64,000 nucleotides of DNA from an uncultured Candidatus Obscuribacterales bacterium (GTDB taxonomy: Bacteria; Cyanobacteriota; Vampirovibrionia; Obscuribacterales; Obscuribacteraceae), in contig CAZCBH010000009.1 in assembly GCA_964496875.1 (NCBI GenBank), positions 1,902 through 65,901 of the forward strand. Reading direction: 5' to 3'. This document shows positions 8,751 through 18,773 of this stretch, one piece after another. Numbering within the stretch: the first letter of the stretch is position 1; every line of letters begins with the position of its first letter. The position numbers and the translations under genes are program-made. The notes beneath the pieces were generated by a model. It did no database searches and had not been told where the DNA came from. It was given only the letters and a program-made list of their open reading frames with translations.

Positions 8751-10907
8751 CTAGTGTTTCAGGGCAAGCTCTTTTTCTTCGTCGGTTACTTCTTTCATGG
8801 TCAGGTTAACACGATTACGATCGTCTATCTCTCTTACCTTGACTACGACTTCCTGACCGACGGCGACCACATCTTCTACTTTATTGACTCGACGGTTCTC
8901 GAGCTGCGAGATGTGGACCATGCCTTCCTTGCCGGGCAGTACTTCGACGAAAGCTCCGACAGGAATTATACGAGTTACCACACCCTTGTAGATCTCACCG
9001 GGTGCTATTTTTTTGACCAGTCTCTCAATCATGAGCTTGGCTGCTTCTCCGCCCTGACCTTCGACAGAGCCGATCACAACGGTGCCATCATCCTCGATGT
9101 CAATAGAAGCTCCGGTCTCTTCGATGATACGGCGGATCATCTTGCCACCAGGGCCGATGACAGTACCGATATCTTCCGGATTGATCTTGATGGTGATAAG
9201 CCTCGGAGCCCATTTGGAAAGCTCGGCTCTCGGCTTAGCTAATACGCTCTCCATACATTCAATTATATGGATACGTCCTCTGCGCGCTTGTTCGAGGGCG
9301 ACCCGCATGATCTCGATGGAGATCCCTTGAACCTTGATGTCCATCTGCAAGGCGGTGATCCCATCTCTGGAACCAGTCACCTTGAAGTCCATGTCACCGA
9401 GGAAATCTTCAAGACCCTGAATGTCCGAGAGAATCGCACAACGGTCGTCTTCCAAAATAAGACCCATGGCGATTCCGCCGACGGTATCTTTGAGAGGCAC
9501 GCCGGCATCCATTAGAGAAAGGCAGGAGCCGCAGGTGGACGCCATAGATGTGGAGCCGTTACTCTCGAGCACTTCCGATACTACCCTCAGCGTATAGGGG
9601 AAGCTCTCTTGATCGGGCAGTACAGGAATGATGGCACGCTCGGCAAGCGCACCGTGACCGATTTCCCGACGACCGGGACCACGCATCGGCTTCACCTCTC
9701 CCACCGAGAAACCGGGGAAGTTGTAATGGTGCATATAGCGCTTTTCGGTCTGGGGATCGATGGTGTCGAGACGCTGAGCGTCTCCGGCGATTCCAAGAGT
9801 AGCGATGGAGAGCGCCTGGGTGGTACCACGGGTGAAGAGACCGGAGCCATGAGCTCTGGGAAGAATAGAGGTCTCGACCGTAATCGGTCGGATCTCATCG
9901 CATTTCCTGCCATCGGCTCTGAAACCGGATTCTAGAACCTGAGCGCGCATGAGCTTGGCTTCGTAAGATTCCATGTAGCCTTTGATGGCGCCGTCACTGA
10001 ATTCTTTAAGCGGGCTATCTTCAGGAAGAGCTGCAATCGCCTCTTTGACATTGGCGAAGGCTTTGTCTAATGCGGCCGCGCGAACTTTCTTATCGGTGAC
10101 CCGATTCATAGAAGCCTTAATCTCTTCGGTGGCTTTCTCTTTGATCAGGTTGAGAAGCTCTTCGTTCTTGGGTTCCGGCTCGAACTCGGCTTTCTCGATG
10201 CCAAGAGCGCTTATGAACTCGTTCTGGACTTTGACCTGCTCTTTGATGATTTTGTGGGCATAGTCGATGGCGGCAAGCACATCGATTTCAGAAACAAGGT
10301 TGCAACCGGCTTCTACCATCATGATCGAATCTTCGGTACCTGCCACCACGATATCGATATCGGAGTTGTCTATCTGTTCATAGGTAGGGTTGGCAACAAA
10401 TTTGCCGTTCACTCTGCCGACCCGGGCAGCGCCTATCGGACCGCCAAAAGGTAGTCCAGCCAGAGAAATGGCGAAAGAAGCGCCGAGCATGGCGAGGGTG
10501 TCGGTGGGGTTCTCCTGGTCAGCACTCATGGCAGTGGCGACAACCTGGACATCTTTTCTATAGCCTTTCTTAAAGAGCGGTCTGATCGGACGGTCAATAA
10601 GACGGCTTGTAAGAATGGCCTTGTCCGAAGCTCTGCCTTCTCTGCGCAGGAAGCTGCCGGGTACTCTACCTACGGCATAGAGCTTCTCTTCATAGTCGAC
10701 AAGAAGGGGAAAGAAATCGATACCTTCACGGGGTTCTCTACTCTCGGTACAGGTGACCAGCAGCATGGTGTCGCCACAGGTAATCTCGACTGCTCCACTG
10801 GCCTGTTTGGCCATGCGCCCGGTTCTGACGTGGATGGTCTTGCCATCAATCTCCATGGCGCAAGTTTTGGACAGCTCTTCTTTTTTGTTTTCCGTATCTA
10901 ACATCAT
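8751..10907 (-). CDS. pnp: polyribonucleotide nucleotidyltransferase (PNPase)
   Basis: 718 aa with a duplicated RNase PH-like core. KH region (GKMIRRIIEETGASIDIEDDG) and S1 region (GEIYKGVVTRIIPVGAFVEVLPGKEGMVHISQL). Located downstream of rpsO. Confidence 0.95.
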   Translation of the reverse strand: MMLDTENKKEELSKTCAMEIDGKTIHVRTGRMAKQASGAVEITCGDTMLLVTCTESREPREGIDFFPLLVDYEEKLYAVGRVPGSFLRREGRASDKAILTSRLIDRPIRPLFKKGYRKDVQVVATAMSADQENPTDTLAMLGASFAISLAGLPFGGPIGAARVGRVNGKFVANPTYEQIDNSDIDIVVAGTEDSIMMVEAGCNLVSEIDVLAAIDYAHKIIKEQVKVQNEFISALGIEKAEFEPEPKNEELLNLIKEKATEEIKASMNRVTDKKVRAAALDKAFANVKEAIAALPEDSPLKEFSDGAIKGYMESYEAKLMRAQVLESGFRADGRKCDEIRPITVETSILPRAHGSGLFTRGTTQALSIATLGIAGDAQRLDTIDPQTEKRYMHHYNFPGFSVGEVKPMRGPGRREIGHGALAERAIIPVLPDQESFPYTLRVVSEVLESNGSTSMASTCGSCLSLMDAGVPLKDTVGGIAMGLILEDDRCAILSDIQGLEDFLGDMDFKVTGSRDGITALQMDIKVQGISIEIMRVALEQARRGRIHIIECMESVLAKPRAELSKWAPRLITIKINPEDIGTVIGPGGKMIRRIIEETGASIDIEDDGTVVIGSVEGQGGEAAKLMIERLVKKIAPGEIYKGVVTRIIPVGAFVEVLPGKEGMVHISQLENRRVNKVEDVVAVGQEVVVKVREIDDRNRVNLTMKEVTDEEKELALKH

Positions 10908-10952
10908 TATTTCTCTCTATTTCTCTTCTACTTTATAAATGTGGCAATGCAA

Positions 10953-10980
10953 GGCATGACCAGGCTTAGCCCGTCATGCC
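10953..10980 (-). promoter_or_regulatory. stem-loop in the rpsO-pnp intergenic leader
   Basis: 8-bp stem GGCATGAC / GTCATGCC with a 12-nt loop, about 45 nt upstream of the pnp start. Confidence 0.3.
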
Positions 10981-11046
10981 CACATGAATCCATACCTTTA
11001 GCGCTTGACATCCTGGGTGAGCCGGGACGGAAGCACGTGAACAAAC

Positions 11047-11068
11047 AGGCGAGCCCACGGGCTCGCCT
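11047..11068 (-). terminator. hairpin immediately downstream of rpsO (terminator / attenuator before pnp)
   Basis: GGCGAGCCC-GTG-GGCTCGCC on the minus strand, followed by TGTTTGTT. It starts 6 nt after the rpsO stop. Confidence 0.6.
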
Positions 11069-11073
11069 GAGAA

Positions 11074-11343
11074 TTATCTTCTAAGTCCTAGCTTTTCTAT
11101 CAGGTTGCGATAGCGTTGCGGCTCGGTATTATTCAGGTACTTCAGCAGTCTTCTGCGTTTACCTACCATCATCAACAGTCCGCGTCTGCTCTGGAAATCT
11201 TTCTTGTGAGATCTCAAATGATCGGTAAGCTCATTGATGCGCGTTGTCAGCATCGCTACTTGAACTTCCGGAGAACCGGTGTCTTTATCGTTGACCCGGT
11301 TGTCGGCAATAATTTCTTGTTTTTTCTCTAAAGCAAGTCCCAT
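11074..11343 (-). CDS. rpsO: 30S ribosomal protein S15
   Basis: 89 aa: ...[50 protein letters not shown]. Confidence 0.95.
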   Translation of the reverse strand: MGLALEKKQEIIADNRVNDKDTGSPEVQVAMLTTRINELTDHLRSHKKDFQSRRGLLMMVGKRRRLLKYLNNTEPQRYRNLIEKLGLRR

Positions 11344-11496
11344 TCTTTGTTTTTCCGTATTTTTGTCTGCTTCAAAATCGGAAGTGATCTTAACATGAAT
11401 ACAGCAGGCAATACCTTTATTGCTTCAAACTATTGCTTTATACGGTTACACTTCTTCAATTCTTACTGTCTTGCCAGTTTTTCGACTACATGCAAA

Positions 11497-11523
11497 GAAG
11501 CCGGAAGCTGAGCTCCCGGCTTC
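11497..11523 (-). terminator. hairpin downstream of the ferredoxin gene
   Basis: 8-bp stem GAAGCCGG / CCGGCTTC with an 11-nt loop, about 20 nt after the stop. The U-tract is weak. Confidence 0.45.
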
Positions 11524-11545
11524 TGGTAAAAGTGCAAAAGATAAT

Positions 11546-11770
11546 CTATGGCTTCTGCAGCTCGGGCTTCCACTCTTCGAGAATGGCGCCTTCGATAGGA
11601 CAAACAGAAAGACAAGCACCGCAATCGATACAAGTAGCATCGTCGATGTAGGTGTATTCGGTATCTTTCTCGTTTTTCTTACCTTCGGCCCAGTGAATGC
11701 ACTCTACCGGACAAACGGGAATGCAATCACCAATGCCTTCGCATACGTCGGCAACAATGGTATAGGACAT
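11546..11770 (-). CDS. 2x[4Fe-4S]-type ferredoxin
   Basis: 74 aa with CEGIGDCIPVCP and CIDCGACLSVCP cysteine motifs. Confidence 0.85.
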   Translation of the reverse strand: MSYTIVADVCEGIGDCIPVCPVECIHWAEGKKNEKDTEYTYIDDATCIDCGACLSVCPIEGAILEEWKPELQKP

Positions 11771-11974
11771 TTTGGCAAACTCCTCTTAGCTAGATACTAA
11801 GTTCAATCTTTCACAATCAATGGTAATTAACCACGACCCGAAACTATTATGGAACAAAGTGTAGCTTATTATTCCAATTCTTAACAGAGATAAAACCAGT
11901 TGGGTTGTAAAGGATAGAGAATAGGAGCCGGAGAAAAAATCCATTAGTAATAAAGGATGGAGAAGGGGACGAAA

Positions 11975-12256
11975 ATGAGTGAAGTAAAAGTCAACATTTA
12001 CACACCAGCAGGCAAACATGTTGGCTTCTTTGTGAACCCAAAAGTAAAACATTATCCCGAAGGCGACTATGACCTGAAAGGAGAATTTTTCGATTCGGAC
12101 GGCTCCAGAGTGATGAAACTCGACTTCAATCCCCAGGCATTGCCTTACACGGCAGACTTGAGCGAAGTCGAGAATATTCCGGACAAGAAGATTTTTAGAG
12201 TTTATGTTCAACGCGGCAGACAACCGGTCCATATGACCGGCAACGTCAGCAAATAG
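11975..12256 (+). CDS. hypothetical protein (93 aa)
   Basis: I preferred ATG 11975 because GGAGAAGGGGA lies 5 nt upstream. No family recognised. Confidence 0.5.
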   Translation: MSEVKVNIYTPAGKHVGFFVNPKVKHYPEGDYDLKGEFFDSDGSRVMKLDFNPQALPYTADLSEVENIPDKKIFRVYVQRGRQPVHMTGNVSK

Positions 12257-12270
12257 ACTTCAAAAAGGAA

Positions 12271-12293
12271 GCAGCCCCCGGGCGAGGGGCTGC
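12271..12293 (+). terminator. GC-rich hairpin after the 93-aa ORF (no clear U-tract)
   Basis: GCAGCCCC-CGGGCGA-GGGGCTGC, 15 nt after the stop. Confidence 0.4.
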
Positions 12294-12499
12294 GGTGGTA
12301 ATAGATAGAGAAGGCTGGCGTAAGCCGTAAAATCTATCTATTATCGGTTATATCAGTTTGCCGAGAGCAGGAACCTATAGGTATCGAGATAAGTCGCTAT
12401 AGCAAAACCCATGAAAAAATGGCGGTTAGTGCCGCAAAAATGGGCAGAATGTAGATGGAATGTAGTTGGAATCCAAATCGAGACGGCTAGTCCACAGAA

Positions 12500-13795
12500 A
12501 TGGCGACTGAATCAAAAGCAACCGAGGGCAGAACCGGACAGAACAATCCGGCGGAGAAAGCAAAAGAGCGCATAGTTCTTTTGGTGGAACCCCTTGAAGA
12601 AGAGAGGAAACGCTGTCATAGCTTTATAAGCGACCAATCGCCCCTCTATGACGTAGAGACGGCAGCCTCGGGCAAAGAGGCGCTGGCGCTATTTACCACG
12701 CGCTCCTATGACGCTGTGGTGATGAGCTACCAGTTGGAAGACATGGAAGCCGAAGAGGTAATCCGCTCGATTATCACAGCCAATCCGAATTGTCCGATTA
12801 TTGTGACCACCGCCAACGACAGCCCGGAGCTGGCTATAAAAATGCTGCGTTCCGGCGCCATGGACTACCTTCCCAAATTTGGAGAGTACGAGAAGTTTTT
12901 GCCGAGGACCATAACCACCAATCTGCAACGATCGATGCTGATCGAGAACCTGAAAGATATGTACCGCCGGGTGGAAAGAGCCTCTCTGGATGAAGCTCTG
13001 CTCAATCGCCTCATCGTAAACATCCATGGCTCTCTGGAGATGGCCGATACGATAGAGCGTTCGACAAAAGCGCTGCTCACCGAGTTCAATGTCTCGAGAA
13101 TCATCATCTGCCTGGCCGAGGAAGACAGAAGCGACATGCGCATCCGACGTCAGATGACCGCTCCTGATCTAAAGCCAATCTCAGACAAGAGCATCCTTTT
13201 CGAAAAATATCACGACCTCTTACTGGATATCGGAGAAAGACGCCCCCTGGTGGTCATGCAGGACGACACCTTCTCTTTTGCCCAGGATGTGCGCATGGAG
13301 ATGATTAATTACGGCATACTGTCCATGCTGATGGTTCCTCTGGTCTATCGCGGCAAGCTCATGGGTCTCATCCATATGGACCAGACCGACGCGCCCAGGC
13401 TGTGGTCGGTAGCCGAAATCAATCTGATGACCAGGATTTCGAATCAGCTGGCTATTGCTCTGAGCCAGGCCAAGCTCTATCAGATTGTCGAAGCCCAGTC
13501 CACGAGCATCTCGAAATTGACCGAACTGTGCTCCCAGCTCAACGAGGTGGTGGGCTCGACCAAAGAGCTTACCGAAAGGACCGAAAGCAGAGAAAAAGTC
13601 CGAATAAAGCTCTCTTCTCGAGAAATGGAAGTGCTAAAGAAAGTCGCCCAGGGTCTCTCCAATAAACAAATAGCCGAAGAGCTTCATATCACCGAAGGAA
13701 CCACCGAAGTGCATGTATCGAGGCTGAGGAAGAAGTTATCTGTGAATAGCCGTGCCGCCCTGGTCCGCTTCGCCTACGAGAATCATCTCTGCTGA
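12500..13795 (+). CDS. atypical response regulator: degenerate receiver - GAF - LuxR/FixJ HTH
   Basis: REC-like N-terminus (PIIVTTANDS, DYLPKF). GAF-like middle. C-terminal LSSREMEVLKKVAQGLSNKQIAEELHITEGTTEVHVSRLRKKL. Confidence 0.8.
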   Translation: MATESKATEGRTGQNNPAEKAKERIVLLVEPLEEERKRCHSFISDQSPLYDVETAASGKEALALFTTRSYDAVVMSYQLEDMEAEEVIRSIITANPNCPIIVTTANDSPELAIKMLRSGAMDYLPKFGEYEKFLPRTITTNLQRSMLIENLKDMYRRVERASLDEALLNRLIVNIHGSLEMADTIERSTKALLTEFNVSRIIICLAEEDRSDMRIRRQMTAPDLKPISDKSILFEKYHDLLLDIGERRPLVVMQDDTFSFAQDVRMEMINYGILSMLMVPLVYRGKLMGLIHMDQTDAPRLWSVAEINLMTRISNQLAIALSQAKLYQIVEAQSTSISKLTELCSQLNEVVGSTKELTERTESREKVRIKLSSREMEVLKKVAQGLSNKQIAEELHITEGTTEVHVSRLRKKLSVNSRAALVRFAYENHLC

Positions 13796-14451
13796 CGGGG
13801 ACCGTTTTTTATCAAAAGGAACCAGCTCTCTCGCTTCAGTTCATTGATGGGCTCCTCTTTGCGCGGCACTTTCACCAGCTTTTTGATCTCTTCATGGGCG
13901 GAGGGCGGCGGCAACTGTAACCGCCTTTGATACCGGTACCAGATATCGGCATTATTTAGATTACGAGCCGCAGTAAGAAGGGCTCGGTAGTCCGGATCGT
14001 AGGGATAGGCTTTGACCATGGTCTCGAGCAGCTTTATCGAGTTCTCCAGACTACCGTACTGCAACTCCCGCACCAGTCTCCTGAGGCTGATCGCTTCCTC
14101 ATCGATGCGCGCTTTGGATACCTCCGGGACAAGAGGAGCTATTGGCGCTGGAGGAGTCTCGGGCACTCTAGTGGACTCCACCGATTCTCCTACTCTTGCT
14201 TCGGCTTCAGAACCAGGCGAGGAAACATCCTCCTGAAGCTGATCGTCCTCAGTTGAAGTTTCCGGCTCAGAAATCTGTTCTGATTCAGGTTCAGGTTCAG
14301 GCTCCGATTCGGATTCAGGCTCCACCGTATTAACATGTTCGACCTGCAGAACGCTGGAATCATCGGTATTCTGTGCCCAGCCCGGCGATACCGCCAGAAT
14401 CGAAGCGACGGAGAGAAGAAGGGCTTTATGAATTAATAAATCATTCGACAC
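13783..14451 (-). CDS. secreted hypothetical protein with acidic (E-P/E-S) repeat
   Basis: Signal-peptide-like N-terminus (LLSVASILAVSPGWAQ). EPESESEPEPEPESEQISEPE repeat. Its 3-prime end overlaps the regulator gene by 13 nt (convergent). Confidence 0.55.
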   Translation of the reverse strand: MSNDLLIHKALLLSVASILAVSPGWAQNTDDSSVLQVEHVNTVEPESESEPEPEPESEQISEPETSTEDDQLQEDVSSPGSEAEARVGESVESTRVPETPPAPIAPLVPEVSKARIDEEAISLRRLVRELQYGSLENSIKLLETMVKAYPYDPDYRALLTAARNLNNADIWYRYQRRLQLPPPSAHEEIKKLVKVPRKEEPINELKRESWFLLIKNGPRQQR

Positions 14452-14529
14452 AATCTTTTTAATAACACCTAATTCTGATGGCTCTTTAGCTTAACATGAG
14501 TTAGACGGAGAGGAATTCTGATTTTATAA

Positions 14530-17500
14530 ATGCTCAGCTCGAAGGAAAATAATCCTCATACCATCGAAACGCCAAGACATGCTTCGCCGGTGAAATATAT
14601 CATCAAGTTTCTCCTGGTATGGTTCCTTGCCCTTCCGGTGATAGCGGCAGTAGCTCTGCTCTCCGACATAAACTGGACCAAGCCCTATGTCGAAAAGGAG
14701 CTTAGCGAAATCCTCCATCGAGACGCCAAGATAGGACGCTTGAGCTGGCACCTTGGAATGCGCGGTATCTCCATAGACACAAGAGATCTCGAGCTTTTCG
14801 AACTGACCGGAGAGCCGTTCTTCCAATCTCAAAAAACAGCTATCGGAATAGCGGTATTGCCGTTTCTCTCCGGCAAACTCGTCTTGAAACATCTGGATTT
14901 TCGAGCCCCCACAGTCTGGCTTGTAAAAACCGGTCCGGCTAGATGGAACTTCGAAGACCTGCTCATCGACGGACCGGAGATTCGTTTGATCAATGTCCAG
15001 GAAGGCAAGGTTCTGGTGGTGGACGAAACCAGAGACCCGGAGCGCAAGTCGCCCTTCGAACTGAATGATTTAAAAATGAGCCTCAACTGGCCCCGCAAAG
15101 AGAAGAAGCTGCCTTTCTTCCTCTCGGTAAAACGAAAACTGGACAACGCCGAAACCAATGTCACCGTAGAAGGCTTCGGCAAGGGCGCCTTCGAGACCTG
15201 GCCTACGAATAGATACACTTTCAAAATAAAGGGAGAGAGCCTTGATCCGGAAGACTTCTCAACCCTGCTCACCTACCTCGAAGACGATCAAAGCAAGAAA
15301 ACCGGTGCCTCTCAAAACAACATGAATCTCGATGGTTTGCTTGATGTCGAGATAGAAGGAGAAGGAACTTTCGAAGAGGGATTGAATGCCACCATAGCCG
15401 GCACCTTCAAAGAGCTGGCGGTAAAGAACAGCGCCCTGGGAGATATCAATGCCGGCAAGGCATCCGGCACCATGAACATGATCGTCTCGGACGAAAATCT
15501 TGCCTGGGAGAAGCTGGCTTTCCATTTGCCCGGGGTCTCGATAGAATCGACAGGCAGTCTTATGAAATGGCAAGATAAGGATTCCAGAGTCAGTGCCGAT
15601 ATACAGGGCAAAGTCACCGACATCAAAGAGATAGATTATCTCTTCGGAGATCTAACCAAAGAGTTCAAGAAGTCCAGCAATAGCCTTCTTTCCCAGTTCA
15701 ATCCCAGCAAAATTTCGGGCAAGGCTTCCCTTACCATCAATCTAAAAGGCACCGTCAATGACACCAAGATCCTGACCAAGATAGAGACCGACAAACTGGT
15801 TTTCGGAGATGTTATCAAAGATGCCCAGTCCCAGATGCCTTTGCTCTATGTTTTCGGAGTAACCCCGGAGTCTAAGATAAGCGGCAATTTCAGGGTGGAA
15901 GACCAGGAGAAGATCGAACTGGAGAAAGGAGAACTGGCCTCTCCCACCGCCAAGATTCAGGCGAAAGGCTGGATGAACCTGAAAAAAGCCGTCGGTCAAC
16001 TCAAGCTGGAGGCAAACTCCATCTCCCTTTCCAAAACCGGCGTCAATATACAACAGCATCGCTCCAAGATAATACCCAAACCGGGCTTTCTAGAAATAGG
16101 CAAAAAATATGAAGTGGCCCTCAGTGGCGATGCCAGCGCTCGCTCCACCGTGGACGTTCGAGGCAACACTCTAAACATCTCAGGAGATCTCAATCTCAAG
16201 AATGCCGGCATGTCGCTGCCGAAGAATATACTCAATGTCTCCAAAGTAAACGGCAAAGCCGAATTCAAATTCTCCAATCAACGCGGTCGTATCGACATTC
16301 CTCTAGTGACAGGCCGGATGGGAGACGGTAAGTTCGAGTTGAGCGGCTCTGTCATAGCCAGGAATGAGCCCATCGTCGACCTCTCTTTGCACGCTACTCA
16401 CTTTGATCTCAAACATCTCAGCGGTCTGATGAAGCTCTTCCAGGTCGATATGCCGATCTTGACCGAAGAGTTTTTATACGGCTCGGTTAAAGATGTGCGC
16501 CTCAGACTGGCAGGTACACCTAAGTATCCCGAGATCTTCTTCAGCGCCGTCCCCGATGACCTCTACTACAAGCCGCCCGGTCTGGAAAAGCCGCTTCGAG
16601 CAACGGCCGGATACATAGTCTATGACGACGATCAGCTCGTCCTCAAAGAAGTTGCCCTGGTCTCCAGGGGAAACACCATCGTCACCAGTGTCTCGATAGA
16701 CAATGTCTCAACCGAAGCGAGACTGACGAGAGCAAAAGCGAAAACCGAAGGAATAGATCTTGCCGACGTGCACTACTACCTGTCATCGCCGGTGATGCCC
16801 CCACCCTTGCAAACCGCTTACAAAGAGCTGCTCAGTGAATATAAACTCTCGAATCCACGAGGAAAAGCCTATGGCGATATTCTCTGCATGGTCGAGGAAG
16901 ACGGAGAAGTGGTGCTCGATGGTTTAATAGGTTGCTTCAAAGTCGGTGTCGATTTCTACGACTTCCCTGTAACAAATCTGGCGGGAATCCTGGCAGCATC
17001 CGGAGAAGACCTCTTGCTCAGGGACATGAACGGCTCTATTAGAGAAAGTCGCTTCAGCCTCGATGGCTTCATCAAGAAATATCGCACCAAAAATCCGAAC
17101 TGGAAAGCAGAACTATCGGCAAAACTGCATCCAAGAGAGATTGTCCAGGTTTTGCCGAACATAGAAGAGAAGCTCCAGGCAGGCGAGATCCATGTAAAAA
17201 GCAACGGTCCTCTAACCCTGCGCTCAAAAATAAAAGGCAACTTCAAAAAGAATGACATCCAGTTCACCCTGGCGGCGGACAAAGAGGACAAGCTCTCGGT
17301 CAAGACCAGGCTTGGCAGGATCTATCAACCCGCCGATCATCACCTGACCCTGGACGGCAGCATCGTTTTGGAGCCGGAGAACCTCAAGATCAACAATACC
17401 CAGCTACTACTGGGCGATACTTTGATAGCGCTGAAGGGTAACGTCAAGCTTACCCCGGACAAGACCAATCACGGTATCTTCCCCTATAAACCAGACGGAC

Positions 17501-18681
17501 TCGATGTGGATCTCGACTTTCCCCAGGAAGCGTCGCTCAATACCCTGGTCAGCCTGGTGGATCCTGATCTGGCAAAAGGAGTATCCGGCGAGATCAAGGG
17601 GAATATGAGCGCCCGGGGCAAACTGCCCAATCCCGCTCTCTCAGGCAAGATAGAATTCGCCAAGGTCAAGCTGCCGGATTTCACCATCGACAAACTTGAA
17701 GGTCATATTCGAGGAGAGAGCGGCAACGAGGCCGGAGACGAGAAAGAGACCACCGCCTGCAAACTTGTCATCTATGATACGGAATTCAATCATATATTGC
17801 TCCGCAATTTGAGCGCCGACCTCTTATATGAGCCGGACAAGGACAAAAAAAACCCGGGCCGGATTCACTTGAAAAACGGTCATGCCACCGTCGCAAGTGG
17901 CGCTGTTCGGATAGACGGGTGGAGCGATTTGGGAACAAAAAAACACTACATCAAATCGGTCATGAACGATGTTTCGGCAAGAAAGCTATCCGAGAGGCTG
18001 GCAGGCGATCCCAATGAAGTCACCGGAGAGCTGGAGTCGATTCTCGAGGTGACCAGCAAAGGCTGGACAAAAGGGGAGTTGATGAAGAATCTGGAAGGCA
18101 AAGGTCGGGTCAAAATCACCAACGGTGTCGTGGGACGATTCGGCACCCTCCAGACCCGGTTGACTCAATACAACCTCCTCACTCAAGGCATCTTCGGATT
18201 CAATATGAACAACCTGCTTCAGAGCGTCTGGCCGGTAAGAACAGGAGAATTCGATGAGCTCACCAATTCGTTTACGATTTCAAAAGGCAAAGTCAACATC
18301 GAAGAACTGCGTTACACCGGTGACGACATGCGCCTCTGGGGCGCAGGAGTAGCCAGCCTGACGGATAACGAGCTGATAGTCGACATCGCAGGCAAGATCC
18401 CCCGGGTACAGAAGAGTATGATCGGTGGCGCCGTCGGTAGTGTCTCCAGAAAAATGACCCTGCAGAGAGCTATGCACCTGGTAACATTCGGCAAGCTAGA
18501 GAATCTACCATCCTTGCCTTTGATCGGCTCCATCGCCAGCGACAAACCGAGAACCTTCACCTTCAAAATCACAGCACCACTGGACAATCCGGATGTGGTG
18601 GCCAAGTCTATTATGAAGACCTTCAAGTGGCTTCCCAACAAGCCGGCAGCCACAGCCCATCCGGTGCCCGGTATAAAGTAG
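14530..18681 (+). CDS. very large AsmA/TamB-like envelope protein
   Basis: 1383 aa with an N-terminal TM anchor (FLLVWFLALPVIAAVALL). The body is long and beta-rich. The assignment rests on architecture, not a specific motif. Confidence 0.6.
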   Translation: MLSSKENNPHTIETPRHASPVKYIIKFLLVWFLALPVIAAVALLSDINWTKPYVEKELSEILHRDAKIGRLSWHLGMRGISIDTRDLELFELTGEPFFQSQKTAIGIAVLPFLSGKLVLKHLDFRAPTVWLVKTGPARWNFEDLLIDGPEIRLINVQEGKVLVVDETRDPERKSPFELNDLKMSLNWPRKEKKLPFFLSVKRKLDNAETNVTVEGFGKGAFETWPTNRYTFKIKGESLDPEDFSTLLTYLEDDQSKKTGASQNNMNLDGLLDVEIEGEGTFEEGLNATIAGTFKELAVKNSALGDINAGKASGTMNMIVSDENLAWEKLAFHLPGVSIESTGSLMKWQDKDSRVSADIQGKVTDIKEIDYLFGDLTKEFKKSSNSLLSQFNPSKISGKASLTINLKGTVNDTKILTKIETDKLVFGDVIKDAQSQMPLLYVFGVTPESKISGNFRVEDQEKIELEKGELASPTAKIQAKGWMNLKKAVGQLKLEANSISLSKTGVNIQQHRSKIIPKPGFLEIGKKYEVALSGDASARSTVDVRGNTLNISGDLNLKNAGMSLPKNILNVSKVNGKAEFKFSNQRGRIDIPLVTGRMGDGKFELSGSVIARNEPIVDLSLHATHFDLKHLSGLMKLFQVDMPILTEEFLYGSVKDVRLRLAGTPKYPEIFFSAVPDDLYYKPPGLEKPLRATAGYIVYDDDQLVLKEVALVSRGNTIVTSVSIDNVSTEARLTRAKAKTEGIDLADVHYYLSSPVMPPPLQTAYKELLSEYKLSNPRGKAYGDILCMVEEDGEVVLDGLIGCFKVGVDFYDFPVTNLAGILAASGEDLLLRDMNGSIRESRFSLDGFIKKYRTKNPNWKAELSAKLHPREIVQVLPNIEEKLQAGEIHVKSNGPLTLRSKIKGNFKKNDIQFTLAADKEDKLSVKTRLGRIYQPADHHLTLDGSIVLEPENLKINNTQLLLGDTLIALKGNVKLTPDKTNHGIFPYKPDGLDVDLDFPQEASLNTLVSLVDPDLAKGVSGEIKGNMSARGKLPNPALSGKIEFAKVKLPDFTIDKLEGHIRGESGNEAGDEKETTACKLVIYDTEFNHILLRNLSADLLYEPDKDKKNPGRIHLKNGHATVASGAVRIDGWSDLGTKKHYIKSVMNDVSARKLSERLAGDPNEVTGELESILEVTSKGWTKGELMKNLEGKGRVKITNGVVGRFGTLQTRLTQYNLLTQGIFGFNMNNLLQSVWPVRTGEFDELTNSFTISKGKVNIEELRYTGDDMRLWGAGVASLTDNELIVDIAGKIPRVQKSMIGGAVGSVSRKMTLQRAMHLVTFGKLENLPSLPLIGSIASDKPRTFTFKITAPLDNPDVVAKSIMKTFKWLPNKPAATAHPVPGIK

Positions 18682-18773
18682 CATCCGAACAGGAAAATAT
18701 ATCGGACACCATCGGTAATGGCTGGTAATGCCATTTGATTGCATTTATCAAGAAGCTATGTATCATTAGGAGC

